A stretch of 19,664 nt of DNA, taken from the UHGV virus genome UHGV-0301534. One strand, written 5' to 3'. The DNA is from a virus. The translations under genes and the position numbers were made by a program. The notes under the pieces are model-generated. The model did no database searches and was not told the DNA's origin. It was given only the letters and a program-made list of their open reading frames with translations. Shown here piece by piece: positions 11,152-19,646 of this stretch (positions are counted from its first letter, which is position 1; every line of letters starts with the position of its first letter).

Positions 11152-12567
11152 ATGGCTACGTGGCAACAGGGTATTAATTCTGGTGGTTTTCTGGCTGGCA
11201 TCGGTACGCAAAATGAGAATGCGCCAAAGGCAAGCGACATTAACGCAACGCTTGGTCTGATCCGCGAAAACAATGAACTGGCTCGCTCAGGTGCAAATAA
11301 CGTTGGCCTGACCGCGTTACGTGGTCTGGCTGGAGTTGCTGATATTTACAATCAGGAACAGCAACAGAAAGCTATTAGTGCGTTCAATAAGGTTCACGCT
11401 GATGCATGGGCTTCTGGTGATCCATCGGGACTATTTAAGTTTGCCCAGGAAAATCCAGCGTTTGTTGCACAGGCACAACAGGCGTTTTCCGGTCTTAATG
11501 ATCAGCAACGCAACGATATGGGCGATTTAGCCATGAGGGCTAACGTCGCTCTTTCTCAGGGACCGGAAGCCTACAGTAAATTCATTACTGACAACAAGGA
11601 CAGGTTAAATCGCGTTGGTGCTAATGCTGACTGGATGATTCAGACAGGTATCCAGAATCCAGAGCAGCTATCACACATGCTGACTACTATGTCTCTCGGT
11701 GCACTTGGTCCAGAAAAGGCGTTTGCTGTTCAGGACAAGATGGCTGGTCGTGAAATTGACCGAGGCAGGCTGGCAGAGACAATCCGCAGCAATCAGGCAG
11801 GAGAAGCACTTCAGGCGAGAGGGCAAAACCTTTCCTATCAGTCAGCAATGACTGGGCACAATATCGCAGCACAACGCTTAGCTCTGGATCAGCAAGAGTT
11901 CGGGTTTAAGATGCAGCAAGCGCAGGAAAAGGCTCAGCAGTTGATTAGCGAAGCACCTAAGCTGTCAGTAAACATGGAAAAAGGCATCGAGACGGCTGTA
12001 AACAATGCTACAGCATCATCAAACTCAGCCAATTCTATGAGTGCGCTTGCTCAACAGTTCAGAGCAGAAAAACCAACGACAGGTTTGTTCGGTAACGCAC
12101 AGAACATGTTCGCAAAACTTACCGGAAGCGATACAACATTGCGTGATTTGCGCATTCGCCAAAATGCCCTTGTTAACAGTCAGGTTCTTAAATTCCTACC
12201 TCCCGGCCCAGCAACGGATAAAGACGTTGAGATCGTTCGACAGGGTGCGCCAACTGACATGGATAACCCTGAGACGGTCGCAAGATGGCTTGATGCAATG
12301 GCAAACCTTGAGCGACGAAACGCGCAGTTTAATGAGTTTAAAGCCGAGTGGATGAGCGCGAATGGCAACCCTGGACAATCGCGTAATGGCGGTCAGATAT
12401 TGGGGTTGGATGTTAAAAAAGGTGAATCATTGGGGAGTGCCGTTAAGCGGTATATGTCAATGAATACTGACGCAGCGCCAGCACAAGATTCGACACCTTC
12501 AGGAGAACCACGGAATCAGGTTGGATCATATACCTCAAAATCAGGCATTCAATTTACGGTGGAATGA
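11152..12567 (+). CDS. 20: ejection protein, P22 gp20-like, 471 aa
   Basis: Synteny and length match P22 gp20. Confidence 0.88.
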   Translation: MATWQQGINSGGFLAGIGTQNENAPKASDINATLGLIRENNELARSGANNVGLTALRGLAGVADIYNQEQQQKAISAFNKVHADAWASGDPSGLFKFAQENPAFVAQAQQAFSGLNDQQRNDMGDLAMRANVALSQGPEAYSKFITDNKDRLNRVGANADWMIQTGIQNPEQLSHMLTTMSLGALGPEKAFAVQDKMAGREIDRGRLAETIRSNQAGEALQARGQNLSYQSAMTGHNIAAQRLALDQQEFGFKMQQAQEKAQQLISEAPKLSVNMEKGIETAVNNATASSNSANSMSALAQQFRAEKPTTGLFGNAQNMFAKLTGSDTTLRDLRIRQNALVNSQVLKFLPPGPATDKDVEIVRQGAPTDMDNPETVARWLDAMANLERRNAQFNEFKAEWMSANGNPGQSRNGGQILGLDVKKGESLGSAVKRYMSMNTDAAPAQDSTPSGEPRNQVGSYTSKSGIQFTVE

Positions 12568-14405
12568 TGAAAGTAACTGCAAACGGTAAGACATTTACCT
12601 TTCCTGATGGTACGAGCACCGAAGATATTGGCACCGCCATTGATGAGTATTTTGCTGGTCAGGCTGTTCAGCAACAAACAGTTAATCAGGCCAATAATGC
12701 ACCAACACGGGAAGAACCATCATTGATGCAACAAGCTGGTGATTGGCTCACAGGTGGTCAAAGTGCAGGGCAAATTGCAGAACAGGCTGGTCGTGGTCTG
12801 GTAAACATACCATTTGACGTATTGCAGGGTGGCGCAAGTCTGATTAATGCAATCAGCCAGGGGCTTGGCGGCCCCAAGGTTTTGGATGATGTTTATCGCC
12901 CTGTCGAGCGACCGACAGACCCTTATGCGCAAGCTGGAGAAACAATTGGCGGGTATTTAGTTCCAGGAGTTGGAACGGCAGGAAGCATGGCTATTGGATC
13001 ACTGGCAGAGGCCGCAAATCAGAAAGGCGATTTCGCACAAAATGCAGCTAAAAATGCCGGAGTTAACCTTGCCGCTCAGGGTGTTCTTTCCGCAGCAGCA
13101 AAGGGAATAGGGCGTGGAATAACGGCTATAAAAGGTGATATTGCGCCAGAAGTGGCGAAGAAAATTGCCACATCAGAATCGATGGGCGTGACACCAATGA
13201 CATCTGATGTTATCCCGCCGAAAAATGCTTTCACTCGCGGACTTACTCAGGATGCTGAGGGGGCTTTGCTCGGGACAGGCTCAAAGCGAGCTGAGCAATA
13301 TGCAACGCGTAGTAAGCTGGTAAGCAATTATTTTGACCGTTTTGGTGAGTACAACCCTGATGATGTGGTGAAGTCTCTTACCACCACGTTAAGGGGGCGG
13401 AAGGATGCCGCTGGCGCTGTTATCAATGACGTCACCAATAAAATGGGTAATGCCGCAGTTGATACCACAAATACCATGAATGCTCTGAATACAGCGATCG
13501 CAAGACAGGAACGGCTTGGGACGTCTGCCAATCAAAGCCTGCTTACATCCTTGCGTAACCTGCGTGAAGAATTAGCAAACCCTGCAACTGATTTGGATGT
13601 TACGTTTGATCTCTTGCGTCAGCACAGAACAGCATTTAGATCTAATGTTCAGGGAGATGCTATGGTCTTCCCCAACCAGGCAAAAGCAGCTACCAATATG
13701 GTAGAGAATGCAATGTCAAAAGACCTTCGTAACGCAGTTGCAAAAAACCTCGGTGCGTCAGACGCAGCAAAATACCTTAAAGCAAATTCCGATTATGCAA
13801 ACGTTTATAATAAGGTGCTTAATAAAAACATTGCTAACAAGCTCAACAAGGCAAGCAGTGAAGCCAGTCCTGAACTTATAAATACTGTTGTATTAAGCAG
13901 AAAACCATCTGACGTGAAACGAATCTGGAGCGCATTGGATGATAAAGGGAAAGATGCTATGCGTGCAGCTTACGTCAGCAAAATAGCGGAAAAGGCCGGG
14001 GACTCTCCAGCCAAGTTCATCACTGAAGTTAATAAGCTGAAATCTCAGTCAGGCGGTGAAATTTACAACACTATTTTTTCTGGAAAGCACATGAAAGAGC
14101 TTGATGCTCTTCATGAAGTTCTACAGCAAACAGCAAGGTCAGACACCGCAAATGTAGTAACTCAGACTGGGCAATCACAAGCCAACAGGATAAGGACGAT
14201 TGGCGCAACTGCGACTCTTGGCGTATCAATGGGGATTGAGGCTGGTTTCGGTGCAATGATGCGCTTGTATGAGTCCAAAGCAGCAAGGAATGCGCTCTTA
14301 CGTCTGGCAAACACCAAAGCAGGAACACCAGCCTATGAAAGAGCGTTGAGTAACGCAGCAAATGCCATCAGGCCGCTGCTTGCTACTGAGGCAACACAGC
14401 AGTAA
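12564..14405 (+). CDS. 16: ejection protein, P22 gp16-like, 613 aa
   Basis: ATGA overlap with the gene 20 stop; synteny and length close to P22 gp16. Confidence 0.88.
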   Translation: MMKVTANGKTFTFPDGTSTEDIGTAIDEYFAGQAVQQQTVNQANNAPTREEPSLMQQAGDWLTGGQSAGQIAEQAGRGLVNIPFDVLQGGASLINAISQGLGGPKVLDDVYRPVERPTDPYAQAGETIGGYLVPGVGTAGSMAIGSLAEAANQKGDFAQNAAKNAGVNLAAQGVLSAAAKGIGRGITAIKGDIAPEVAKKIATSESMGVTPMTSDVIPPKNAFTRGLTQDAEGALLGTGSKRAEQYATRSKLVSNYFDRFGEYNPDDVVKSLTTTLRGRKDAAGAVINDVTNKMGNAAVDTTNTMNALNTAIARQERLGTSANQSLLTSLRNLREELANPATDLDVTFDLLRQHRTAFRSNVQGDAMVFPNQAKAATNMVENAMSKDLRNAVAKNLGASDAAKYLKANSDYANVYNKVLNKNIANKLNKASSEASPELINTVVLSRKPSDVKRIWSALDDKGKDAMRAAYVSKIAEKAGDSPAKFITEVNKLKSQSGGEIYNTIFSGKHMKELDALHEVLQQTARSDTANVVTQTGQSQANRIRTIGATATLGVSMGIEAGFGAMMRLYESKAARNALLRLANTKAGTPAYERALSNAANAIRPLLATEATQQ

Positions 14406-14429
14406 CGTATGGGTAATTGGATTCAATCG

Positions 14430-14819
14430 TTAACATTTTCTTTTTACTTTTCCAACAAAAGCTTTGGTTGAATCCATATTCCCATAACCAGAAATGGTTT
14501 TCGACATTAAAACTGTTCCATTAGGATGTATTACCCATGAGTCGATAACTCGTTGAGTTTCGCCATTCGCGCCGATTCCAATGATGGAGTTTTTAGACAA
14601 TGCTTTGTAAGCCATGCCGCCCGCATCCGTCCCAGAATATGTGATACTGGCATCTTCACCGTTTGTCTTAATGATGAATGTTCCACTAAAACCATCTTCT
14701 TCCGGTTGAAAATTATTTCGTTCTGAATAGCTTATTCCGTGCATATCCCCAACGACCCAGCACTCTGCTGAGACAGAAAACGAGAAGACAAGGAAAGCCA
14801 TTGCTATAATCAATTTCAT
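14430..14819 (-). CDS. exported protein of unknown function, 129 aa, with signal peptide and two Cys in the mature part (one next to the predicted cleavage site, one as the last residue)
   Basis: N-terminus MKLIIAMAFLVFSFSVSA-ECW is a typical Sec signal with AxA-like cleavage site; AAGGG RBS 7 nt upstream on the - strand; mature part rich in G/S/T/I/V; occupies the position of P22 sieA. Confidence 0.7.
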   Translation of the reverse strand: MKLIIAMAFLVFSFSVSAECWVVGDMHGISYSERNNFQPEEDGFSGTFIIKTNGEDASITYSGTDAGGMAYKALSKNSIIGIGANGETQRVIDSWVIHPNGTVLMSKTISGYGNMDSTKAFVGKVKRKC

Positions 14820-14834
14820 TTTAAGCCCTTATTG

Positions 14835-15170
14835 TTATTGATTCTTTTTGCACGGAAATGTTTTTCCTACTGCTAGGGCGGTTAGTATAACTGCGCTCTC
14901 ATTTCTTGATTCTGGGTTTTTGTTTAGATATTTCTCAACGATATCGGTGTATTGATACATGTCAACGCCATCAGGAGGACATAGAGAACCAATTAGTATC
15001 AATGAGTCAGTTACTCCGCGCAAATATCCAGTAATGTAAAGCGATGAAAAATCATCACCCTTTTTACCTTGTTGAATGTTGTAAAGAAGGTCATTACCCG
15101 TTTGAAGCTCGCGCAGCTCAGCACTGGAAGAAGAGACAACTGCTAACAAGAACAGTGATAGAAATCTCAT
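14835..15170 (-). CDS. exported protein of unknown function, 111 aa, with signal peptide and two Cys in the mature part
   Basis: N-terminus MRFLSLFLLAVVSSSSA-ELRE is a Sec signal; start codon overlaps the mnt stop (ATGA on the - strand, 15167-15170) with AAGGA 6 nt upstream, so translation is coupled to mnt. Confidence 0.7.
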   Translation of the reverse strand: MRFLSLFLLAVVSSSSAELRELQTGNDLLYNIQQGKKGDDFSSLYITGYLRGVTDSLILIGSLCPPDGVDMYQYTDIVEKYLNKNPESRNESAVILTALAVGKTFPCKKNQ

Positions 15171-15421
15171 TTCAAATCCTTTTCATAAATCTTTTTAAGT
15201 GTCTCAAACACTATAGCCTTGAACTGCTCAGCCTGCTGATCAGCCAAGCGTTCAGCTTCGTCGCGATATCCTGTAATCGGTGATGGTTTTGATAGTGCAT
15301 CCTGAACGATTTGTAATAACTCAGAGTTCATTGACCTTCCGTTAGCCTCGGCTCTTAATTTCAATTTTTCTCTTACTTCCAAAGGCATACGGAAGTTAAA
15401 GTGCGGATCATCTCTAGCCAT
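15167..15421 (-). CDS. mnt: Mnt repressor (ribbon-helix-helix), 84 aa
   Basis: Product MARDDPHFNFRMPLEVREKLKLRAEANGRSMNSELLQIVQDALSKPSP... matches recalled P22 Mnt; the ORF-track 207-aa version is an upstream extension running antisense through arc/ant. Confidence 0.9.
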   Translation of the reverse strand: MARDDPHFNFRMPLEVREKLKLRAEANGRSMNSELLQIVQDALSKPSPITGYRDEAERLADQQAEQFKAIVFETLKKIYEKDLK

Positions 15422-15443
15422 GCCATCACTCCAAGTTAGTGTA

Positions 15444-15472
15444 TTGACATGATAGAAGCACTCTACTATATT
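15444..15472 (+). promoter_or_regulatory. Pant promoter (-35 TTGACA 15444-15449, -10 TATATT 15467-15472) with the overlapping Arc operator (ATGATAGAAGCACTCTACTAT)
   Basis: Sequence matches the P22 Pant/Oarc region as recalled; TAGA...TCTA half-sites between -35 and -10; directly upstream of arc. Confidence 0.7.
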
Positions 15473-15477
15473 CTCAA

Positions 15478-15496
15478 TAGGTCCACGGTGGACCCA
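15478..15496. promoter_or_regulatory. Mnt operator (Omnt)
   Basis: Perfect palindrome GGTCCAC-G-GTGGACC at 15480-15494, matching the P22 mnt operator core. Confidence 0.75.
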
Positions 15497-15511
15497 TATT
15501 GTGAGGTGAAT

Positions 15512-15673
15512 ATGAAAGGAATGAGCAAGATGCCGCAGTTCAATTTGCGGTGGCCTAAAGAAGTATTGGATTTGGTCCGCAAGGTGGCGGAAGAGAATGG
15601 TCGGTCTGTTAACTCTGAGATTTATCAGAGAGTAATGGAAAGCTTTAAGAAGGAAGGGCGCATTGGCGCGTAA
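15512..15673 (+). CDS. arc: Arc repressor (ribbon-helix-helix), 53 aa
   Basis: [53 protein letters not shown], near-identical to recalled P22 Arc; GAGGTG RBS at 15503-15508. Confidence 0.93.
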   Translation: MKGMSKMPQFNLRWPKEVLDLVRKVAEENGRSVNSEIYQRVMESFKKEGRIGA

Positions 15674-15741
15674 AGTTGAAGCCCCAACTGCGGGAACAGT
15701 CAGGGCTTCGGTTGTCAGTAAATCCGTGGAGAAAAACCAAC

Positions 15742-16644
15742 ATGAATAGTATAGCAATTTTAGAAGCAGTGAACACCTCTTACGTACCATTCAACGGTCA
15801 GCAAATTATCACCGCCATGGCTGCCGGAGTTGCATATGTTGCGATGAAGCCAATCGTTGAAAACCTTGGAATGAGCTGGTCAACGCAGCAAACAAAACTC
15901 ATGAAGCAGATTAGCAAATTCAACTGTGTTCATATGAACATGGTTGCCGCTGATGGGAAGCTTCGTAAGTTACTCTGCCTTCCTTTGAAGAAGTTAAATG
16001 GGTGGCTGTTCAGCATCAACCCTGAGAAAGTTCGTGCTGACATCCGCGATAAACTGATTCAGTACCAGGAAGAATGCTTTACTGTGCTGCATGACTACTG
16101 GACAAAGGGAAAGGCAGAAAATGCACGTAAGAAAACATCTGTTGATGACAGGACTCCGCTTCGTGATGCTGTAAATATGCTGGTCAGCAAAAAGCATCTA
16201 ATGTACCCAGAAGCTTATGCAATGATTCATCAGCGTTTCAATGTGGAAAGTATTGAAGAGCTTGATGCATCTCAGATACCGCAAGCCGTAGAGTACATCC
16301 ACAGGGTAGTGCTTGAAGGTGAGTTCATTGGCAAACAAGAGAAGAAAACCAACGAGCTTTCTGCAAAAGAAGCAAACAGCCTTGTATGGTTATGGGATTA
16401 TGCCAACCGTTCACAGGCATTATTCCGCGAACTGTATCCGGCATTAAAACAAATTCAATCGAACTATTCCGGCAGATGTCATGACTGCGGTTATGAGTTC
16501 TCCCGTATTATCGATATAGCGAGAGACGTTTTAATTAATCACACACGAGATGTTGATATCAATGAGCCAGACGGACCAACGAATCTTTCCGCATGGATGA
16601 GACTTAAGAATAAAGAATTACCTCCTTCAGTACATAATTACTGA
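15742..16644 (+). CDS. ant: antirepressor Ant, 300 aa
   Basis: From the internal ATG at 15742 (GGAG upstream) the product begins [37 protein letters not shown] as in P22 Ant; length 300 aa; the 15676 start is a spurious extension. Confidence 0.9.
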   Translation: MNSIAILEAVNTSYVPFNGQQIITAMAAGVAYVAMKPIVENLGMSWSTQQTKLMKQISKFNCVHMNMVAADGKLRKLLCLPLKKLNGWLFSINPEKVRADIRDKLIQYQEECFTVLHDYWTKGKAENARKKTSVDDRTPLRDAVNMLVSKKHLMYPEAYAMIHQRFNVESIEELDASQIPQAVEYIHRVVLEGEFIGKQEKKTNELSAKEANSLVWLWDYANRSQALFRELYPALKQIQSNYSGRCHDCGYEFSRIIDIARDVLINHTRDVDINEPDGPTNLSAWMRLKNKELPPSVHNY

Positions 16645-16663
16645 CAGATAACCAACGCAACGA

Positions 16664-16687
16664 CCCAGCTTCGGCTGGGTTTTTTTA
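16664..16687 (+). terminator. rho-independent terminator after ant
   Basis: Hairpin CCCAGC-TTCG-GCTGGG followed by eight T (16680-16687). Confidence 0.7.
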
Positions 16688-16744
16688 TGCCCAAAATTCA
16701 CCGTAGCCATGCTGCGGCGATTCATTGTATCTGGAGCAAATTAA

Positions 16745-18844
16745 ATGACAGACATTACAGCCAATGTTGTAGTAAGCATGCCTTCGCAACTCTTCACTAT
16801 GGCGCGTTCTTTTAAAGCGGTTGCCAATGGTAAAATTTATATCGGTAAAATTGACACTGACCCGGTAAATCCTGAAAACCAGATTCAGGTTTATGTGGAG
16901 AATGAGGATGGTTCTCACGTTCCTGTTTCGCAGCCAATCATCATTAACGCCGCTGGTTATCCTGTATATAACGGACAGATTGCCAAATTCGTGACAGTTC
17001 AAAGCCATAGCATGGCTGTGTATGATGCATATGGAGCACAGCAATTTTACTTCTCCAATGTCTTAAGATATTCACCAGATCAGCTAAGATATGATCTTTC
17101 ACAGCCAGATGGCGCGAAATTAGTAGGATTTAAAGACACCAATGTATACGATGCAATAAGCTCAATAAGCGTAGATTTCTCAGCGCTTGGAGAGTCAAAT
17201 GGAGCCACCTTGGTTGGCTATAGGGACAGCACCGTTTATACAGCTCTTGATAGATTATACAGATCGTTAGGAGGCGTGATTATATCTCCTCAATGGAAAC
17301 CAGTTGCAGGATCATCAACTATAAGCTTTTCTGGCGGTCTTTATTCTTTTAATGGCGTTAGTGTTATTGGTCAAAATCAGAATGTCACAACAACATCAAG
17401 CACAATATGTATTGTTGTTAAATCAGACGGAACATATGAAGCGCGTGACAGATATCCATTTGACGGCTCGCTACTTATTGCTCATATTAAATCAGGGACT
17501 CTTATAGAATTAATTGGCAATGCAAATAAAAGTGCTTTTGGAATTGCCGGATGCCCATCATCAATACCATGGTTTCCAGGTGAGCTGAGAAGAATAGAAG
17601 AGCAGATTCCAATTTACTGCGCACTTCGTTCTGATGGCACGCTTAGATATTGGACTGATTATGATGTGGCTGTGAAGAAGGCATCCAGCGGGACAACATA
17701 TTATGTGGACTGCACTAACGGTAGTGATACGACTGGAGACGGCACGCAGGCTAAACCATTCCAGCGTATAAAATATGCCATTGAGAAAACCCCGGCAGCA
17801 AGGACAATCATGATAAAAGGCGGGATGGAATATACCCGTGATTTTACATGGAATGTTAGCGTAGTTGACCGCGAGCTCGATTTCATCGGATACGATGGAA
17901 CACCAATTCTGAGCACTGTTGAACCGGCTGCAACGTGGGCGGCACAGGGAAGCGCTGGCGTATACCAGTACACAGGTAATCTTGTTCTAAACGTTGTTGA
18001 CTATGCCAATCTTGATAGTTATGGACATGCTCAGGTTCTAACTCCCGTAGCCAGCCTTGCCGACTGCGTTTCAACACCTGGCTCATCCTATAAAACAGGG
18101 AATACGCTGTATATTCATCTTTTTGACGGGCGAGCTCCTGATTCTAATTCACGGCTTGTTCTTCAATTGACTAATGGAAGAATTCAGGATAATAGCAAAG
18201 TTTATATTGAAAATATTCACTTTAAGGACAGCTTTAGGGGGTTTCAGGCTGAGGTTCAAACGGCGGGTAAAAAAGGATACTTATATGCAAAAAATTGTAT
18301 ATTTGATTTATCTGTGACAAGGAATGCCTTTAACTCTTTAGGTGTAAACTGTATTATGCAGAATTGCACTGCTCAATACGGGATGCAGGACGCATTTAAC
18401 TATCATGCCGATCAGAATGGTCTTGGGATAAAGCCGTGGTTTATCGAAATTGGTTGTACTGGCCGTTGGAGTGGTTTTGATAATTTACCAAATAATAACG
18501 GCTCTACCGCTCATGACGGAACTGTAGGGATACGTTTGAACGGTGAATACTACGGAACGTTTGGCCGTGTAGTTCACGATGTTCATGATGGCACGGTTAC
18601 AGCTAACTTTGGGTGTTACTCGCATGATAGTTCAAGGGCAGACTTTATCGGTGGCGCCTGCTTTACTGCTGGGCAAGGATCCGACTTAACTGGTAAAGCA
18701 AAGTTATATCTTTATGGATGCAGCCATGGGGGACCTAACGCGTCAATTACAAAAGATGGTTTGAGTGAGGTGTGGATTTTCGATACTCCCATAGGGGCTA
18801 ATGCACAATATACCATCGCTTCTCCTTACACTTTTATTCAATAA
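16745..18844 (+). CDS. 9: tailspike protein: P22 gp9-like head-binding N-terminal domain fused to a non-P22 receptor-binding domain, 699 aa
   Basis: First ~110 aa ([86 protein letters not shown]...) match P22 gp9; remainder does not match the P22 endorhamnosidase domain; GGAG RBS at 16733-16736. Confidence 0.9.
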   Translation: MTDITANVVVSMPSQLFTMARSFKAVANGKIYIGKIDTDPVNPENQIQVYVENEDGSHVPVSQPIIINAAGYPVYNGQIAKFVTVQSHSMAVYDAYGAQQFYFSNVLRYSPDQLRYDLSQPDGAKLVGFKDTNVYDAISSISVDFSALGESNGATLVGYRDSTVYTALDRLYRSLGGVIISPQWKPVAGSSTISFSGGLYSFNGVSVIGQNQNVTTTSSTICIVVKSDGTYEARDRYPFDGSLLIAHIKSGTLIELIGNANKSAFGIAGCPSSIPWFPGELRRIEEQIPIYCALRSDGTLRYWTDYDVAVKKASSGTTYYVDCTNGSDTTGDGTQAKPFQRIKYAIEKTPAARTIMIKGGMEYTRDFTWNVSVVDRELDFIGYDGTPILSTVEPAATWAAQGSAGVYQYTGNLVLNVVDYANLDSYGHAQVLTPVASLADCVSTPGSSYKTGNTLYIHLFDGRAPDSNSRLVLQLTNGRIQDNSKVYIENIHFKDSFRGFQAEVQTAGKKGYLYAKNCIFDLSVTRNAFNSLGVNCIMQNCTAQYGMQDAFNYHADQNGLGIKPWFIEIGCTGRWSGFDNLPNNNGSTAHDGTVGIRLNGEYYGTFGRVVHDVHDGTVTANFGCYSHDSSRADFIGGACFTAGQGSDLTGKAKLYLYGCSHGGPNASITKDGLSEVWIFDTPIGANAQYTIASPYTFIQ

Positions 18845-18849
18845 AATGA

Positions 18850-18893
18850 TTGACTGTTGATTAACGCAAACAATACTGTATATAAATACAGTT
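18850..18893 (+). promoter_or_regulatory. SOS-regulated promoter: -35 TTGATT (18857-18862), -10 TATAAA (18881-18886), overlapped by a consensus LexA box TACTGTATATAAATACAGTT (18874-18893)
   Basis: CTGT-N8-ACAG with AT-rich spacer matches the enterobacterial LexA box consensus taCTGTatatatatACAGta; lies 17 nt upstream of the next start codon. Confidence 0.75.
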
Positions 18894-18909
18894 TTGTTTG
18901 GTAAGAGAC

Positions 18910-19149
18910 ATGATCAGACGTAACGCCATCGCGGAGGCTTTCAGAGCCTCCATTTCTATAAATCCTAAAGGTTATCAATACCTTTACACTGATTCTTTCA
19001 TCTCCGAACTACAGCGGAGGGGTATCCATTTTTCAGAAGAGGAGGCTAACAACTGGATATCAAGAGAGCAGACGTACTTTGTCGACAAAACGGCAGAGCA
19101 TAGCGAAAACAGGCTGTGGATGATGGCCAACATGGGGAGGGTCATCTGA
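18910..19149 (+). CDS. hypothetical small protein (79 aa), first gene of a LexA-box-controlled two-gene operon
   Basis: ATG at 18910 with AAGAG just upstream (the track's 18898 start is a TTG inside the LexA box); stop overlaps the next start (TGATG). Confidence 0.6.
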   Translation: MIRRNAIAEAFRASISINPKGYQYLYTDSFISELQRRGIHFSEEEANNWISREQTYFVDKTAEHSENRLWMMANMGRVI

Positions 19150-19466
19150 TGGCGTTCCCGTCTCCGGCGTCTGACTACGTTGAGCAGCGTCTGTCTGTTA
19201 ACGCGATCTGCAATGTAGGCCCAAACACGCTAGTTTTCGAGCGGTCTGGCGGTTACGTTGTGTTGGATATCTCCCTGAAACCAAGGCAGGGTAGTCAGGT
19301 TCTGATCCAGCACGGCGGCGGGACGGAACTTGCCACGTTGAGAGGGCGGTCGCTGATAACCGAAGACGGCGAAGCGATTGAAGGCGAGGCCCTGGATGAT
19401 ATCACTGTCGCCGGCGTGGTGACACACACCATCATCGATGTGAGAAGTGACAGCGTAGCGGTATAA
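19149..19466 (+). CDS. UmuD'-like (LexA/S24 peptidase C-terminal-domain fold) protein lacking the cleavable N-terminal arm and the catalytic serine, 105 aa
   Basis: From the ATG at 19149 the product begins MAFPSPASDYVEQRL, near-identical to the start of processed UmuD' (GFPSPAADYVEQRI); C-terminus LDDITVAGVVTHTIIDV resembles UmuD LDVFGVVIHVV; the SGDSM active-site motif reads SGGYV. Confidence 0.7.
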   Translation: MAFPSPASDYVEQRLSVNAICNVGPNTLVFERSGGYVVLDISLKPRQGSQVLIQHGGGTELATLRGRSLITEDGEAIEGEALDDITVAGVVTHTIIDVRSDSVAV

Positions 19467-19496
19467 GGCAGGCTTTTTATGTGGCCTGCCGCTTTT
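19467..19496 (+). terminator. possible rho-independent terminator after the UmuD'-like gene
   Basis: GGCAGGC (19467-19473) ... GCCTGCC (19484-19490) stem with a 10-nt loop, followed by GCTTTTG; loop is long so confidence is moderate. Confidence 0.45.
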
Positions 19497-19611
19497 GATT
19501 ACTGTGTCTTTTCGTCCAGCCAGTCCGCCCACCACTGCATCATCTACCTGCGCTTATCGAGATACTGAGCATGGTTGTAAATTCAACTAACCCAGTGCAT
19601 TGACAAAAAAT

Positions 19612-19646
19612 TAGCGCAAGAAGACAAAAAATCACCTTGCGCTAAT
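19612..19646. repeat. 10-bp perfect inverted repeat TTAGCGCAAG / CTTGCGCTAA separated by 15 nt, just downstream of a TTGACA hexamer (19601-19606)
   Basis: Read directly from the sequence; could be an operator or a terminator stem for an element beyond the window end. Confidence 0.4.

Noticed and set aside
14406-14429. Bidirectional terminator between the convergent gene 16 and the exported-protein gene
   Set aside because: Only 24 nt with no convincing GC-rich hairpin or T-tract; termination may occur within the flanking coding ends but it cannot be called from sequence
15676-15741. N-terminal extension of ant ([22 protein letters not shown])
   Set aside because: P22 Ant begins [10 protein letters not shown]; the internal ATG at 15742 has a GGAG RBS and gives the expected 300 aa
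15167-15790. 207-aa - strand ORF extending mnt upstream through arc and the ant start
   Set aside because: The extension is antisense to arc/ant and crosses the Pant/operator region; Mnt homology begins at the internal ATG (15421)
18898-18909. TTG start for the first SOS-operon gene
   Set aside because: It lies inside the LexA box with no RBS; the ATG at 18910 with an upstream AAGAG is more plausible
19230-19535. 101-aa - strand ORF antisense to the UmuD'-like gene
   Set aside because: It overlaps a gene with clear family similarity on the + strand and the downstream hairpin; no independent support
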